Source: Candidatus Poribacteria bacterium (lineage in GTDB: Bacteria > Poribacteria > WGA-4E > GCA-2687025). From it: a stretch of 64,000 nt of DNA. Under the pieces are notes generated by a model. The model worked only from the letters and a program-made list of their open reading frames with translations, was not told where the DNA came from and did no database searches. Numbering within the stretch: the stretch's first letter is position 1; every line of letters begins with the position of its first letter. A program made the position numbers and the translations under genes. Location: assembly GCA_963665845.2 (NCBI GenBank), contig OY762492.1:64001-128000 (forward strand). Direction: 5' to 3'. Shown in pieces: positions 50,763-60,777 of this stretch.

Positions 50763-53185
50763 CAGTCGATCCTTACAGATTTGGCGTCGGCGTAGTCGGG
50801 CAGATCGCCTCCAAGCGGCGCATCAACTGAAGATTGACCAATACGCCGCGCCCATTCTGCGATGATCGCCTTCTGCAGCTTCTCGTCGCTGGCGAATACG
50901 GCTCCTGTGTAGTACCATCCCAGTTCCCAGTCAGAAAGCGTCCGGACAGGTCCAAACCGATTCAGAGCTTGTCTCATCTGCCTTTGACTCTCTGCTTTCC
51001 GCCCCTGTTTTGAGGCAATTTGCGCTTTCAAGACATAAGAAGGCGGTCTCTGGTCGCGCTCAATCGCCTTATCGATATTATTCTCCGCCTCTTCAAGGCT
51101 CCCGATCTTTTGCAGCATTGATGCGAGGTTGAACAGCGGGATGTCCCAAGACGGATCCAAGTGCGCCGCTTCAAGATAGTATTTTTGGGCGCGCTCGTAA
51201 TCTTGCATATCATGGCAAAGAATGCCCATTCGGTTAAAAAGAACATCATCAGGGCTGAACTTGCTGAGACTGATCAAAAGGCTAAGAGCCTTTTCCTGCT
51301 TGCCCAGCTCTTTCTCCAGAGTCGCAATTCTCATGACAATCTTTTTTTGCTCTTCCAGCGTCAACGTCTCGACTTTTATCCGCTCTTCTAATTCAAGAAT
51401 TTCGTTGCGCTTTGCGTTCGTGTTCACGACGTGCGTCAGCGGGTTCTCCACCTTACGAGAAAAATCGATCTCCGGTTTACCGGCGAGTTCAAGTTCGAGA
51501 AACAGCTTCTGGTTCAGGTCCATCCGATACCGCAGACGCAACGGATCTCCTTCATGAACAATCGGAGGGATGCGCCAAAGTTCTTTCATCAGCGTCTTCC
51601 CAGCGGAATTGGTCACTTCAACGCGGAGATCGAGGTGTTCTGAGATGACGGTTTTTGGAATAATGAGCCCGCTGTATTCCGCCCATCCGCTGTCGGACGG
51701 GTAAGGCAGCTCCGCGCCCCGCTCAATCAGCGTTTTGGATCCTTTTTCGGTGCGGATGCGTATGGCGCCACCCGCGGCGGGGCGGACGATTCCCTGTCCA
51801 AAAAGCTTCAAGGAAAGAGCTTGATAGGCGGCTCCTTCCGCGACTGCGGTTTGGACGCGCTCCAAATCGTCGAAGCGCAGGATTTCCGCTTCGCTGAAAA
51901 ATTCTTCTACAGCTTCCGCGATCTGCGGAATTAGACTGCTTCCGCCGACCATCAAACAGTAGTCCACCTCCCCGCGCTCTACTTGGGCGCGCTCGAGAGC
52001 GTCTTGAAGCGGGGCGAAGATAGAGCATGTCGCGTGATAATCGAATTCGCGCAGATTCAGCAGATCGGGTTCAAGGAACGGCTTGACCGCGTCTTCGAAT
52101 TGTTCGGTGGTCAGTTTGGGCGATTTCAAGGTCAGCTCATCGCCGTTTTTGAGTCGGCATTCATAGGTGAGGGGCAGCTCTTTAAAGGTCTTTTCGCGCT
52201 CCGTTTCGTATTTGCCGAGCTGTTTGAGCCGCGCAATTTCTTTGGACAAGCCGACTTTCAGGTTCTCGGCGACGCCCAACAACGCGGGTATGACAAATCT
52301 GGATTTTGCCTGATAGTCCAGCTCGTTCTCATCCAGCCTGTTCTGCTCTATGAGCTGCGGGATCAGAACGTTGACAACGATTTCGCGGTCAATGTCTCCG
52401 CCGCCGAGTCGGTGGTATCGGGAAACGGAAAGCGGGGCGATCCGTATCGGCGCTCCTTGCGCTTTCGGCGGCATCAGTTCAAAGAGCGCGACATCGCAGG
52501 TTCCGCCGCCGAAGTCGAACATGAGCAGTCGGCGCTGTCCGCTGACTTCGGCGAAGGCGCTTCTGCCTCGGTCGGCGAGGTAGGCGATGAAGGCGGCGAT
52601 CGGTTCGTCCAGGAGCGCGCCGTCGTCTAGACGGATGCCCGCCATTTCGACGGCTTCGATCGTGTCCTGCCGCTGCGGCGCTTGAAAAGAGGCGGGTACC
52701 GTGACGACTGTTGAGGCGATCGGATCGCTGTTGTCGTCAAGGGCGGCGTCCATGAGGAATTTGAGGATATGTCCGCTAATCTCTTTGGCGGACTGAAAGC
52801 CTTCGGGAGCTTTATGGTAGGTTCGCCGGACGCCGATCTCGTTTTTGCATTCCCAGAAGATGTCTCGATTCTGCTCTAAGTCGAAACTGCTTAAGTCGGA
52901 ACGGAGCCGCTTAGCTCCCTCGCCGACAAACCGATCGCCGTTATGAAGCGCAACGACCGATGGGACGAGAATATCGGTGTAGAGTCCTTCGCGCGTTTCT
53001 TGTTCAACTTCGATGCATTGGACGGGCGGCAGTTTCAGGCTGTCGGGCGGCAGGACGATTTCGGCAACGGCGGAATTCGTTGTGCCGAGGTCAATGCCGA
53101 TGACGCGGAGGGGTCCGTCGGCGGTTCGTATCGTCTGGTTTTCAGGGGCGATGATGCTCAGGTTGTTCATGGCTTCCGTTCTCAT
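50762..53185 (-). CDS. Hsp70-family ATPase with C-terminal TPR repeats (not DnaK)
   Basis: GIDLGTTNS, VTVPASF, DFGGGTCD, LGGGDID, VGGSSLIP; C-terminal TPR-like helices. Confidence 0.88.
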   Translation of the reverse strand: MRTEAMNNLSIIAPENQTIRTADGPLRVIGIDLGTTNSAVAEIVLPPDSLKLPPVQCIEVEQETREGLYTDILVPSVVALHNGDRFVGEGAKRLRSDLSSFDLEQNRDIFWECKNEIGVRRTYHKAPEGFQSAKEISGHILKFLMDAALDDNSDPIASTVVTVPASFQAPQRQDTIEAVEMAGIRLDDGALLDEPIAAFIAYLADRGRSAFAEVSGQRRLLMFDFGGGTCDVALFELMPPKAQGAPIRIAPLSVSRYHRLGGGDIDREIVVNVLIPQLIEQNRLDENELDYQAKSRFVIPALLGVAENLKVGLSKEIARLKQLGKYETEREKTFKELPLTYECRLKNGDELTLKSPKLTTEQFEDAVKPFLEPDLLNLREFDYHATCSIFAPLQDALERAQVERGEVDYCLMVGGSSLIPQIAEAVEEFFSEAEILRFDDLERVQTAVAEGAAYQALSLKLFGQGIVRPAAGGAIRIRTEKGSKTLIERGAELPYPSDSGWAEYSGLIIPKTVISEHLDLRVEVTNSAGKTLMKELWRIPPIVHEGDPLRLRYRMDLNQKLFLELELAGKPEIDFSRKVENPLTHVVNTNAKRNEILELEERIKVETLTLEEQKKIVMRIATLEKELGKQEKALSLLISLSKFSPDDVLFNRMGILCHDMQDYERAQKYYLEAAHLDPSWDIPLFNLASMLQKIGSLEEAENNIDKAIERDQRPPSYVLKAQIASKQGRKAESQRQMRQALNRFGPVRTLSDWELGWYYTGAVFASDEKLQKAIIAEWARRIGQSSVDAPLGGDLPDYADAKSVRID

Positions 53186-53258
53186 GCGTCGTCGTCAGTT
53201 TATGCGAATCAGCCAACTTTATTATAGCGCCTTTTCTTGCCGGGCGCTCGTTTCGCGT

Positions 53259-54173
53259 CTAAGTTTTGTCTGCCTGTTTTTCAAAAAGCCGCTGTTGGCG
53301 GGCTGTTTTGCGCGGCGATTCGTACGGCGTTGTTCCGTAGTTGGTGATCAGAGCCTCAGTCATGGCGTTGCGGTTTTTTTCTTTGGCGCCTAGGTGGTAG
53401 AAATGGCTTCTCGTTTGGAGGTGGAAAGAAGCCCATAGGCGTTCGATATAGGGGTTTTTTCGGAAGCGGTTGCTGTGCCATGTTGAAAGGATGAAGCCGC
53501 ATGGCGCCTTCGAGAGCGAGCGCGCAAGTTGGCGTTCATGGTCTTCGCCCCATCCGCTGAAGTAGTCCGCATGCCGCGCGATGTAGGGCGGATCGCAATA
53601 GAGAAGATCGCCCTTTTGCGCCGCTTCGATGGTCGCGGTGAAATTCTGGCAGCGGAATTCATAGGCGCCGAGGGCCGTCAGATTCGAGACGGCTTGAACC
53701 TGATTGGCGATTTTCGTTATGTATGCTTGAGAAAAGCGGTTTGGTTTTCGGCAGAACGGGACGTTGAACTGCCCTTTCCGGTTGAATCGCATCAGTCCAT
53801 TAAAGCATGCGCGGTTTAAAAATAGAAAATCTAGCGGGTCTCCGCGCTGGTTGAACCGTTCTCGTACCGCGTAGTAATGTTCGCCTTCTGAGCGCCGCAG
53901 CTCTGCGCCTTCTTCTTTGAGAAAGCGGCGCGTTGAATCCGCGGTGATTTGGCTGTCGGCGACCGCTTGATAAAAGCGGATAATGTGCGGGTTGGAATCT
54001 GCCAGCAACGCTTTCTTTGGGCGGACATTGAACGCGACGGCGCCCGACCCCATGAACGGCTCAATCCATCTCCCGCTGAATTCGGGCGGCATCGCTGAAC
54101 GTATCCATGGCGTCAGTTTGGTCTTGATGCCTTGACATTTGATCGGTGGTACGAGCGTTCTGTTGAGAGTCAT
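53259..54173 (-). CDS. D12-class N6-adenine DNA methyltransferase (M.EcoRV-like)
   Basis: PPIKCQGIKTKL, EPFMGSG, RFNRKGQFNVPF, DPPY. Confidence 0.92.
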   Translation of the reverse strand: MTLNRTLVPPIKCQGIKTKLTPWIRSAMPPEFSGRWIEPFMGSGAVAFNVRPKKALLADSNPHIIRFYQAVADSQITADSTRRFLKEEGAELRRSEGEHYYAVRERFNQRGDPLDFLFLNRACFNGLMRFNRKGQFNVPFCRKPNRFSQAYITKIANQVQAVSNLTALGAYEFRCQNFTATIEAAQKGDLLYCDPPYIARHADYFSGWGEDHERQLARSLSKAPCGFILSTWHSNRFRKNPYIERLWASFHLQTRSHFYHLGAKEKNRNAMTEALITNYGTTPYESPRKTARQQRLFEKQADKT

Positions 54174-55003
54174 TTGCGGTTGTTTCTTGGGACAATGAGC
54201 GATGCGTCGCCGCCTCGGTATTGGACAAACTCTTTGAGCGAGGTGATTCGTTTCAGTTCCCCAGTTTCGCTTTTCACAGTGATTTTACCATAATTCATCC
54301 AGTAGTCGTCAAACCATTCTTCGCCGAGATTTGCGAACATTCCGTTTACGGACAAAATATCCTCGATTCGCTGAATGCTCCCGATATTCGCTGTGTTGCC
54401 CGACCCTCTCTTGTCGCTTGCGATTTTCCATTTTTCGGACACAAAAAACTGGATATTCGAAATGGTTGACGCGATGGACTGGAGTTTGTCAAGGGAATGC
54501 GGCTGCGTCTGGTCTCTTGTTGAGCTGTCTGATCGGTCGTAAATGATTCCGATGCAAAAATGTCCCGCGTAGGAGCTGTAGGGAAACTGGATATTTTTCA
54601 CGCTTGAGCGGTCTCTAAAATATCTCCCATGCGACCCCAATGTGAAACCGTTGCAGAGCCAAGGTTTTTTGGGATTGCGGTAGGTCGTTTTGAAATCGAC
54701 GGCGAATCGTATTTTTTCATTGTCCTTCGAGACAAACGAAATGTCTGGATAGTAATTTTGATGCTCTGGAAGAACGACTGCAAGACGCTGCTGTTCGGCA
54801 AACTCAAGAATTTTGGGGAACAGGTGAATCTCCAAGATTTTGGATACGACCTTCGTATCTGCCGAAATCGTGTAGATTTGTCGAGAAATATCGATAAATC
54901 CCTTGACAGCCCATTGTCCGTCCGGCGCGCTGGCATGATCGGAAAGGGCGCTTTTCCATGCGTTCAGAGCAGATTCAAAGTCGCTTTTCGTCATTACGGG
55001 CAT
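54170..55003 (-). CDS. Type II restriction endonuclease, EcoRV family
   Basis: DTKVVSKILE, YPD...AVDFKTTY, FTLGS, GSGNTANIGSI (EcoRV recognition loop is GSGNTTNIGSI). Confidence 0.9.
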   Translation of the reverse strand: MPVMTKSDFESALNAWKSALSDHASAPDGQWAVKGFIDISRQIYTISADTKVVSKILEIHLFPKILEFAEQQRLAVVLPEHQNYYPDISFVSKDNEKIRFAVDFKTTYRNPKKPWLCNGFTLGSHGRYFRDRSSVKNIQFPYSSYAGHFCIGIIYDRSDSSTRDQTQPHSLDKLQSIASTISNIQFFVSEKWKIASDKRGSGNTANIGSIQRIEDILSVNGMFANLGEEWFDDYWMNYGKITVKSETGELKRITSLKEFVQYRGGDASLIVPRNNRK

Positions 55004-55804
55004 CTATGCGCTCCAGATTGCGTTGTTCTTTTGCTGGACGATCTTTTTAATGTCCCGGTACCCGGCGCGTGAAACCAGCTCGCGCGTTTCAGGCGACAGG
55101 CGCGACACGATCGCTTCGGGCAGGTCGCCCATCGGTTTGAACTGCAGATGGTACCGCAGAACCAGGATGCGCCGAATGCGGTCGGTCGGCTTCCAGCGCA
55201 GGGCGCCGTGCGTCAGCCGCTCGGTGATGACGATGAAATCGCCCGCCCGCGGACAGATATTGAGAACGCCGGGCGGGAGTTCGTCCGCGTCGTCGAACGA
55301 GTCTTTTCCAAACAGATCCTTGGGGCGGTCGAATTCGCTTTTGTGCGAACCTGCGACCACGATGACGCCGCCGTCGTCTGGATACACATCGTCCAGATAC
55401 GGAAAGACGACGATATGATCCGCAAAGACGCGCCCATGCCGAACGGCGTAAGGCGGAACCGTCCAGTGGTAATCGTCGCGGGCGCAGTGAAGGCGGAGAG
55501 GCGCGTCCCCCGCCGCGTTGATCTGGAGCGTTCCGCTTGATAGGCGCGGACGGTTGTCCAGCAGCTCCTTGACGACCGGCCATGTCTTCGGGTGAAGCGC
55601 GAGCCGCTCCAGCGCCTTGTCGAAGGCGAACCCGTGGAGGTACCGATTGTTGTCGACGCCAAAGCCCGACGGCAGCTGGTCGGGCGGCGCGTCGATGTAC
55701 CGCTGGGACGCCTCCTGCGCCGCCGCCAGCTCCTCGGCGGTCATCGCGTTCGGGATATGCAGATAGCCGAATGTGTCGAACAGATACCGTTGATGATCAG
55801 TCAT
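55004..55804 (-). CDS. Phytanoyl-CoA dioxygenase (PhyH) family Fe/2OG enzyme
   Basis: YLFDTFGYL, LHCA, VAGSHK, AGD..V.TE.LTHG, RR..VLRY. Confidence 0.85.
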   Translation of the reverse strand: MTDHQRYLFDTFGYLHIPNAMTAEELAAAQEASQRYIDAPPDQLPSGFGVDNNRYLHGFAFDKALERLALHPKTWPVVKELLDNRPRLSSGTLQINAAGDAPLRLHCARDDYHWTVPPYAVRHGRVFADHIVVFPYLDDVYPDDGGVIVVAGSHKSEFDRPKDLFGKDSFDDADELPPGVLNICPRAGDFIVITERLTHGALRWKPTDRIRRILVLRYHLQFKPMGDLPEAIVSRLSPETRELVSRAGYRDIKKIVQQKNNAIWSA

Positions 55805-55828
55805 GCGAGTCTCCTGATGTTGCGCGGT

Positions 55829-56587
55829 TCATTCGTCAAACAGAAAAACGTTGCCGGGCATCGGTTCCCCTGGACCGGTGAAATACTCCTTGCCTTGTAT
55901 TGTCGCCTCGTGGCAGTCGAGGCATGGGGCGAAGTTGAAAACGCCGTGGGTCTCATGGTCGGCGATGATCTCCTCCGTGCTGTGGACATGGCAGCCGATG
56001 CAGGCGTGTTCGTTATACCGGTTACGGTATTCGTGGCACATGGCGCAGGCGGCGTCATGGACGACCTCGCCCTTCGGCGTTTTCGCTTCTAAGGGGAACC
56101 ATGGGTGGCGCGTTTTATGAACGCCATGCGCGATGAAGACGAGGATGAGCGCGATGACGGAGACGAGATGAACGCGCAGGGCGTAATAACGAACCCACCG
56201 CTTCGTGAAGTGGGTCACAAAGCCTGTTAGCATCGCAAAGGAGGCGAGCGCCAGAGCCGCCCATCCGCCGAACGAAGCGGGCGCCATCGCCGTATGGATG
56301 ACAATCAGCGCGAAGCCTGCTCCCGCAAAAAACCAGTGCGCCTTGAGCCAGCGCGCCTGATGTCCAAAGCGTATCCACTTTCGGCGGCGCCGCAGCGCAA
56401 ACGGCATGTTCAGCATAAAGCAGAGGACGCCGACAATGCTGATCGGATGTCGAATCATGTCGTAGCGCGCGATCCATGTGGAAGCCGCCCAGACGGCCAG
56501 CCCCGCCGAGGCGGTTCCCAGCGCGACATAATAAAGCCCGCGTATCCAGTATGCGACGAAACCGCTTTTCCAACGTATTAGCGCCAT
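55829..56587 (-). CDS. Membrane protein (~5 TM) with C-terminal triheme cytochrome c
   Basis: CAMCH, CIGCH, CLDCH; TM His residues (WLKAH, IVIH, RVH); RBS AAGGAG. Confidence 0.75.
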   Translation of the reverse strand: MALIRWKSGFVAYWIRGLYYVALGTASAGLAVWAASTWIARYDMIRHPISIVGVLCFMLNMPFALRRRRKWIRFGHQARWLKAHWFFAGAGFALIVIHTAMAPASFGGWAALALASFAMLTGFVTHFTKRWVRYYALRVHLVSVIALILVFIAHGVHKTRHPWFPLEAKTPKGEVVHDAACAMCHEYRNRYNEHACIGCHVHSTEEIIADHETHGVFNFAPCLDCHEATIQGKEYFTGPGEPMPGNVFLFDE

Positions 56588-56675
56588 CGGCTCTCCTTGA
56601 CTATAATGCATACGATACGATGAAACGCCGCGCGTTCCAAGCGGGCGGACATCGGCGCAGCGTAGGGAGAAACAG

Positions 56676-57740
56676 ATGGATCGGGTCAAGATTGCTCTGG
56701 TGGGCGTCGGAAATCGCGGCAGGAACACTTATCTGCCGATCATACAGATTTTGAACCGCGACCTTGAATTTGCCGCGGTGTGCGACGTTCGGGCGGACGC
56801 CGCTGAAGAAGCGGGGCGTTTTGCGGGCGTCCCCGCTTATACGAACCTTGAAAAGATGGTCACGGAGACGCGCCCGGATGTGTGCGCCGTCGTCGTCAAC
56901 CCGAGCCGAACGCATGAGGCGGGCGTCCCGCTCACGCAGATGGGCGTCAGCTACAGTACCGAAACGCCCATCAACTCCAGCCTGGAGCGGGCGGACGAGA
57001 TGATCGCCGCCGCCGAAAAGCATGGGGTGAAAATCGAGGTGAACGAGCAGTACTACCGCGTCCCGACGGAGCGCATCAAGCGGCAGATGATACTGGAAGG
57101 CGTCTTTGGAAAGGTGTTGACCGCGTATAACGACTTCCGCGGGCATGGCTACCATGGGGTAGGCTTGATCCGCAGCTACATCGGCTTTGAGGTGAAGGCG
57201 ACTCGGGCGTTCGGCTTTTCCCGAAAACATGCGGTTCAAAGCCACTACTACCGCGGCAGAAATCCGAAGGATGAGGGCTGGCAGCATGGCGTTATTGAGT
57301 TTGAAAACGGCAGCGTCGGCATTTTCAACTTCTCAAGCCTGTCGTACGGCTCGCCGCTGCGCCGTTTCAGGTCGACGAAGTTTTTTGGCGAACGCGGTTT
57401 TTGCGTCAAGGAGGAGGCGTCCGTGCTGGACGATTCCGCTTCAGCGCATCGCCCGATTGCGATTGCGAAGCGAACGCATACGGTGGACGGCGTGGAGACG
57501 ATTGCGGCGATGGAAGCGGACGCGCCGACGCCTGTTGTCTGGGAAAACCCGCTGCGCGATTATCCGCTCAACGAAGGGCAGATCTCCGTCGCGTCGGAGA
57601 TCATGAGCATCGCGAACGCCGTGCGAAACGGTACCGAGCCTGAATACGGACCGCATAACGGACGCGCCGACCGAGAGATCGATCTGGCGATGTCGCGCTC
57701 ATGGGATTCCGGCGGCGCCGCTGTGGAATTGCCGCTTTGA
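56676..57740 (+). CDS. Gfo/Idh/MocA oxidoreductase
   Basis: IALVGVGNRG, ETP, GYHG. Confidence 0.88.
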   Translation: MDRVKIALVGVGNRGRNTYLPIIQILNRDLEFAAVCDVRADAAEEAGRFAGVPAYTNLEKMVTETRPDVCAVVVNPSRTHEAGVPLTQMGVSYSTETPINSSLERADEMIAAAEKHGVKIEVNEQYYRVPTERIKRQMILEGVFGKVLTAYNDFRGHGYHGVGLIRSYIGFEVKATRAFGFSRKHAVQSHYYRGRNPKDEGWQHGVIEFENGSVGIFNFSSLSYGSPLRRFRSTKFFGERGFCVKEEASVLDDSASAHRPIAIAKRTHTVDGVETIAAMEADAPTPVVWENPLRDYPLNEGQISVASEIMSIANAVRNGTEPEYGPHNGRADREIDLAMSRSWDSGGAAVELPL

Positions 57741-57763
57741 CCAACGCCGTTGAAGAGACCCGC

Positions 57764-58114
57764 ATGGAGCCTGACTGGATCACTTTAACCGAGGCGGCGG
57801 AGCGGATACAGGCGCTGTATGCGAGCTCGGGCAGATCGGTCTCCCGCAAAACGATCAGCCGATGGGCGGCAAGCGGCAAAATCGAGGCGAAGCGGGAGGG
57901 GCGGTACTGGAAAGTAAACGCGGAGTCGCTTCGCGCCGCGGCGGCGGAAACGCTTGGAGAGGTTGAGGCTGGGCATGTTGAGGAGACGCCGGCGGATGAA
58001 CCCGCGCCGCTTGAGCCAGAAGAGCCGGCGGAGGATGCGGTTAGCGCGCTGCGGCGGTTCATACAGCGTCGGAACGCGCTGTTTTTGCGCGATCTTGAAG
58101 ACGGCGTGGATTGA
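57764..58114 (+). CDS. Excisionase/MerR-like HTH DNA-binding protein
   Basis: ITLTEAAE...SRKTISRWAASGKIEAKREGRYWKV. Confidence 0.7.
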   Translation: MEPDWITLTEAAERIQALYASSGRSVSRKTISRWAASGKIEAKREGRYWKVNAESLRAAAAETLGEVEAGHVEETPADEPAPLEPEEPAEDAVSALRRFIQRRNALFLRDLEDGVD

Positions 58115-58123
58115 CCGAACGCG

Positions 58124-59074
58124 ATGATACTGGTTTATCTGCGCGAGCTGAACGAATGGCGCCAAAAACGCATACAGGCAGCCGCCGATGAGGCTGGGCG
58201 TCCGGTCGTCTTTGCGGAAACAAAAGAGCAGTTGATGAAGCATGGCGCGGACGCCGAGATACTGTTCGCATACAGCGCCGAGGAAGTGTTTGCCGCCGTT
58301 CCAAATGTGAAGTGGGTTCAGACCTCCGGCGCGGGAATCGAGAAGCAGCTTTATCCAGCGATGATGAAAAGCGGGGCGGCGTTCACCAACGCGGCGGGCG
58401 TCTACGCGCCTCAGGCGGCGGAGCATGCGTTTGCGCTGCTGCTGGCGTTGACGCGCGGACTGGGCGTTTCCATACGGCGTCAGGAGCGGCGCGAATGGTT
58501 TTCAACGCGCGGATCGGTTTTGGAGATTGGCGGATGGACGCTCGGCGTGATCGGAATGGGCGGGTTCGGTCGGGAGATGGCGAAACGGGCGAAAGGGTTT
58601 GAGATGCGCGTCCTCGCCGTGGATCCATACTGCGCCGAGAAGCCGGCAAATGTGGACGAGCTGCTGCCGCTGGATCGGCTGCCTGAATTGCTGCGCCGGT
58701 CGGACGCGGCGATGCTGGCGTGTCCGCTCACAACGGAGACGGAGCGGATCATGGACGCGAACGCCTTGTCTCATATGAAGCGGACGGCGTATCTCATCAA
58801 TGTGGCGCGGGGGCGTCTTGTGGACGAGGCGGCTTTGTGCGCGGCGCTGCGGTCGGGACAGATCGCGGGCGCGGGTCTGGATGTCATGGAGACGGAGCCG
58901 CTGCCGCCTGAAAGTCCGCTTTGGGAGATGGAGAATGTGATCCTCACATCGCATTCGGCAGGGTATTCACAGCGGAGAGCCGACCGCATGGTCGCGCTGT
59001 TTTGCGACAACCTGAAAAGGTACTCGCGCGGAGAGCCGCTGCTGAATGTCGTTCGGAAGGAGCTGGGGTTTTAG
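58124..59074 (+). CDS. D-2-hydroxyacid dehydrogenase
   Basis: GVIGMGGFG, INVARG, AGLDV..EPLP, TSHSAG. Confidence 0.92.
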   Translation: MILVYLRELNEWRQKRIQAAADEAGRPVVFAETKEQLMKHGADAEILFAYSAEEVFAAVPNVKWVQTSGAGIEKQLYPAMMKSGAAFTNAAGVYAPQAAEHAFALLLALTRGLGVSIRRQERREWFSTRGSVLEIGGWTLGVIGMGGFGREMAKRAKGFEMRVLAVDPYCAEKPANVDELLPLDRLPELLRRSDAAMLACPLTTETERIMDANALSHMKRTAYLINVARGRLVDEAALCAALRSGQIAGAGLDVMETEPLPPESPLWEMENVILTSHSAGYSQRRADRMVALFCDNLKRYSRGEPLLNVVRKELGF

Positions 59075-59125
59075 CCCGTCTATATTATCGACAGCTGCAA
59101 TATAGAGCGGAAGTCGCGCTATGTT
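59035..59125 (+). repeat. Direct repeat copy 1 (3' end of the dehydrogenase gene + hairpin)
   Basis: GCCGCTGCTGAATGTCGTTCGGAAGGAGCTGGGGTTTTAGCCCGTCTATATTATCGACAGC... Confidence 0.85.
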
Positions 59126-59179
59126 ATCGAAAACGCCCTCTTTCTTGCAATATGGAATGTCCGCTGGGTTAGGCGCCGC

Positions 59180-60685
59180 TCATCGAAGCATAAGGAAGGT
59201 GGACAGCGGCAAACTGACGATGCGCGGATCATCGACCGTTTCGGCGTCCACCTGCGTGATGAGTATTCCGAAGGGGGCGTTGTTCGCCGATTTTTCCAAA
59301 AATGAGCGCAGCCCCAACGTGTCGCGGTGCGAATCGATGCGCTTGCGGTATTTCACTTCTACAGGGATGCGGTAATTGCCAACCGTCAAAACAAAATCGA
59401 CCTCCTGGTCCATACCTCTTTGCGGAAAATGAGCGATGTCGAGACCATGAATGGTTGAAGCCGCCGCGCCAAAGACGCTTTCCGCGATACGCCCAGCCAT
59501 GTGCGACATTTCAGGCTGTGCCGCTAGAATGTCCGGCGCAAGCGGAATCTGCTCCTGGAGCCAACAGGCGCGGAGGCTATGGTCAGCCAAGCATATTTTG
59601 GGTCCGCCGCGGTTCTTTTTCAGACGGAGCTCCAAAGGAGGAACCAACCTCAACAGCAGCGTATCTCCAAGCAGCTTCAAGTAGCTGACAACGCGCTGAT
59701 AGTTAATGCTTGATCCAAGCTTCAAATGCGCTTCTTCCGTTAGAGTGGATGCGTTGGGAGCTTGACCCGCGTAGCGGCATGCCAAACGCAAAACCTCTTC
59801 CAATAATTCTGGGTCCCGTTGCATTCCTCGTCCGCTTGCCTGCAGGTCATGCTGAATAACTCTCTGTATGACCGTCTCATTCAGATGCCCCGTCAAATCT
59901 GCCATCGGAACATCTTTTTCTTTATGGGCTATTGGGTAGCCGCCTCTCTCTGAAAAAAATCGAAACGCTTCATCTCGAAATTCTTGCTGCGCCGCCCCGT
60001 GATCGCGCAAAGCCGCCCAATACTCTTTATCGCGCAGATTGGAGATGCCGTTCTCCTCAAGAAACGGCGCCGACGATGAAAGACCGCGCAGCGCGCCGAT
60101 CTCCGTAAGCGACAGGACGCCCGCCTCAATTGTGGTGATGCGACCCGCGAGGCTGTCGCGTCCGGCTTCAATGCGTAAGGCAGAACTGCCCGTAACGACC
60201 GCTTTTACGGAGGCGCGATCCACGAGAGACTTCAGCTGCGCGTCCCAGCCTTTTAGGTTTTGGATTTCATCAAAAAAGAGATAAGCAGGTTCGCTGTCAT
60301 GCGCCAGCGCATTGAACCGTTTGGGCGCGACATGCCGCTCAAACCAGTCGGCGACGCGCAGGATCGGCTCCCGAAGTTTTTTCAACGAATCCAGCTCGTC
60401 AAATTGAATGCGCAGAATGCGTCGGGGATCGACTCCCTCGTCTAGCAGGTCCTGAATCAGCTGGAGCTGCGCTGTCGTCTTGCCGATTTGACGCGGCCCT
60501 CGAACCACAACTGCCGGCGCCAAGCCGAGGTCTAAGCTTCGGCGAATCTGCGGAACCAGATGGCGGCGAATAGAGGGCTGCAGCGGCATCGCGTCGCCCT
60601 CCCACCACGGGTTGAAACTGCGCAGATCCGCCGACAGATCCTGGGGAAGATTCATATCGGCGAAGAACGCTATCGGACCAGCCAT
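59180..60685 (-). CDS. AAA_14 ATPase + DUF4143-type C-terminal domain
   Basis: NPWW, GPRQIGKTT, FDEIQ, TGSS, GGYP, EVDFV...PVEVKY. Confidence 0.85.
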   Translation of the reverse strand: MAGPIAFFADMNLPQDLSADLRSFNPWWEGDAMPLQPSIRRHLVPQIRRSLDLGLAPAVVVRGPRQIGKTTAQLQLIQDLLDEGVDPRRILRIQFDELDSLKKLREPILRVADWFERHVAPKRFNALAHDSEPAYLFFDEIQNLKGWDAQLKSLVDRASVKAVVTGSSALRIEAGRDSLAGRITTIEAGVLSLTEIGALRGLSSSAPFLEENGISNLRDKEYWAALRDHGAAQQEFRDEAFRFFSERGGYPIAHKEKDVPMADLTGHLNETVIQRVIQHDLQASGRGMQRDPELLEEVLRLACRYAGQAPNASTLTEEAHLKLGSSINYQRVVSYLKLLGDTLLLRLVPPLELRLKKNRGGPKICLADHSLRACWLQEQIPLAPDILAAQPEMSHMAGRIAESVFGAAASTIHGLDIAHFPQRGMDQEVDFVLTVGNYRIPVEVKYRKRIDSHRDTLGLRSFLEKSANNAPFGILITQVDAETVDDPRIVSLPLSTFLMLR

Positions 60686-60777
60686 GAAACCCCTTTATCA
60701 GCCGCTTACGGAATAACCGTTCATCATGATAACGGACGGCGCCTGAAAGCGCAAACCGCGGACGGGCAACTTCCCGC

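Noticed and set aside
50762-53185. Housekeeping dnaK
   Set aside because: Divergent sequence, TPR tail, no dnaJ/grpE/hrcA context
59165-59178. GCCTAAC after the AAA gene stop, resembling an integron attC R'' box
   Set aside because: No matching GTTRRRY partner or L boxes at a suitable distance, and no integron integrase
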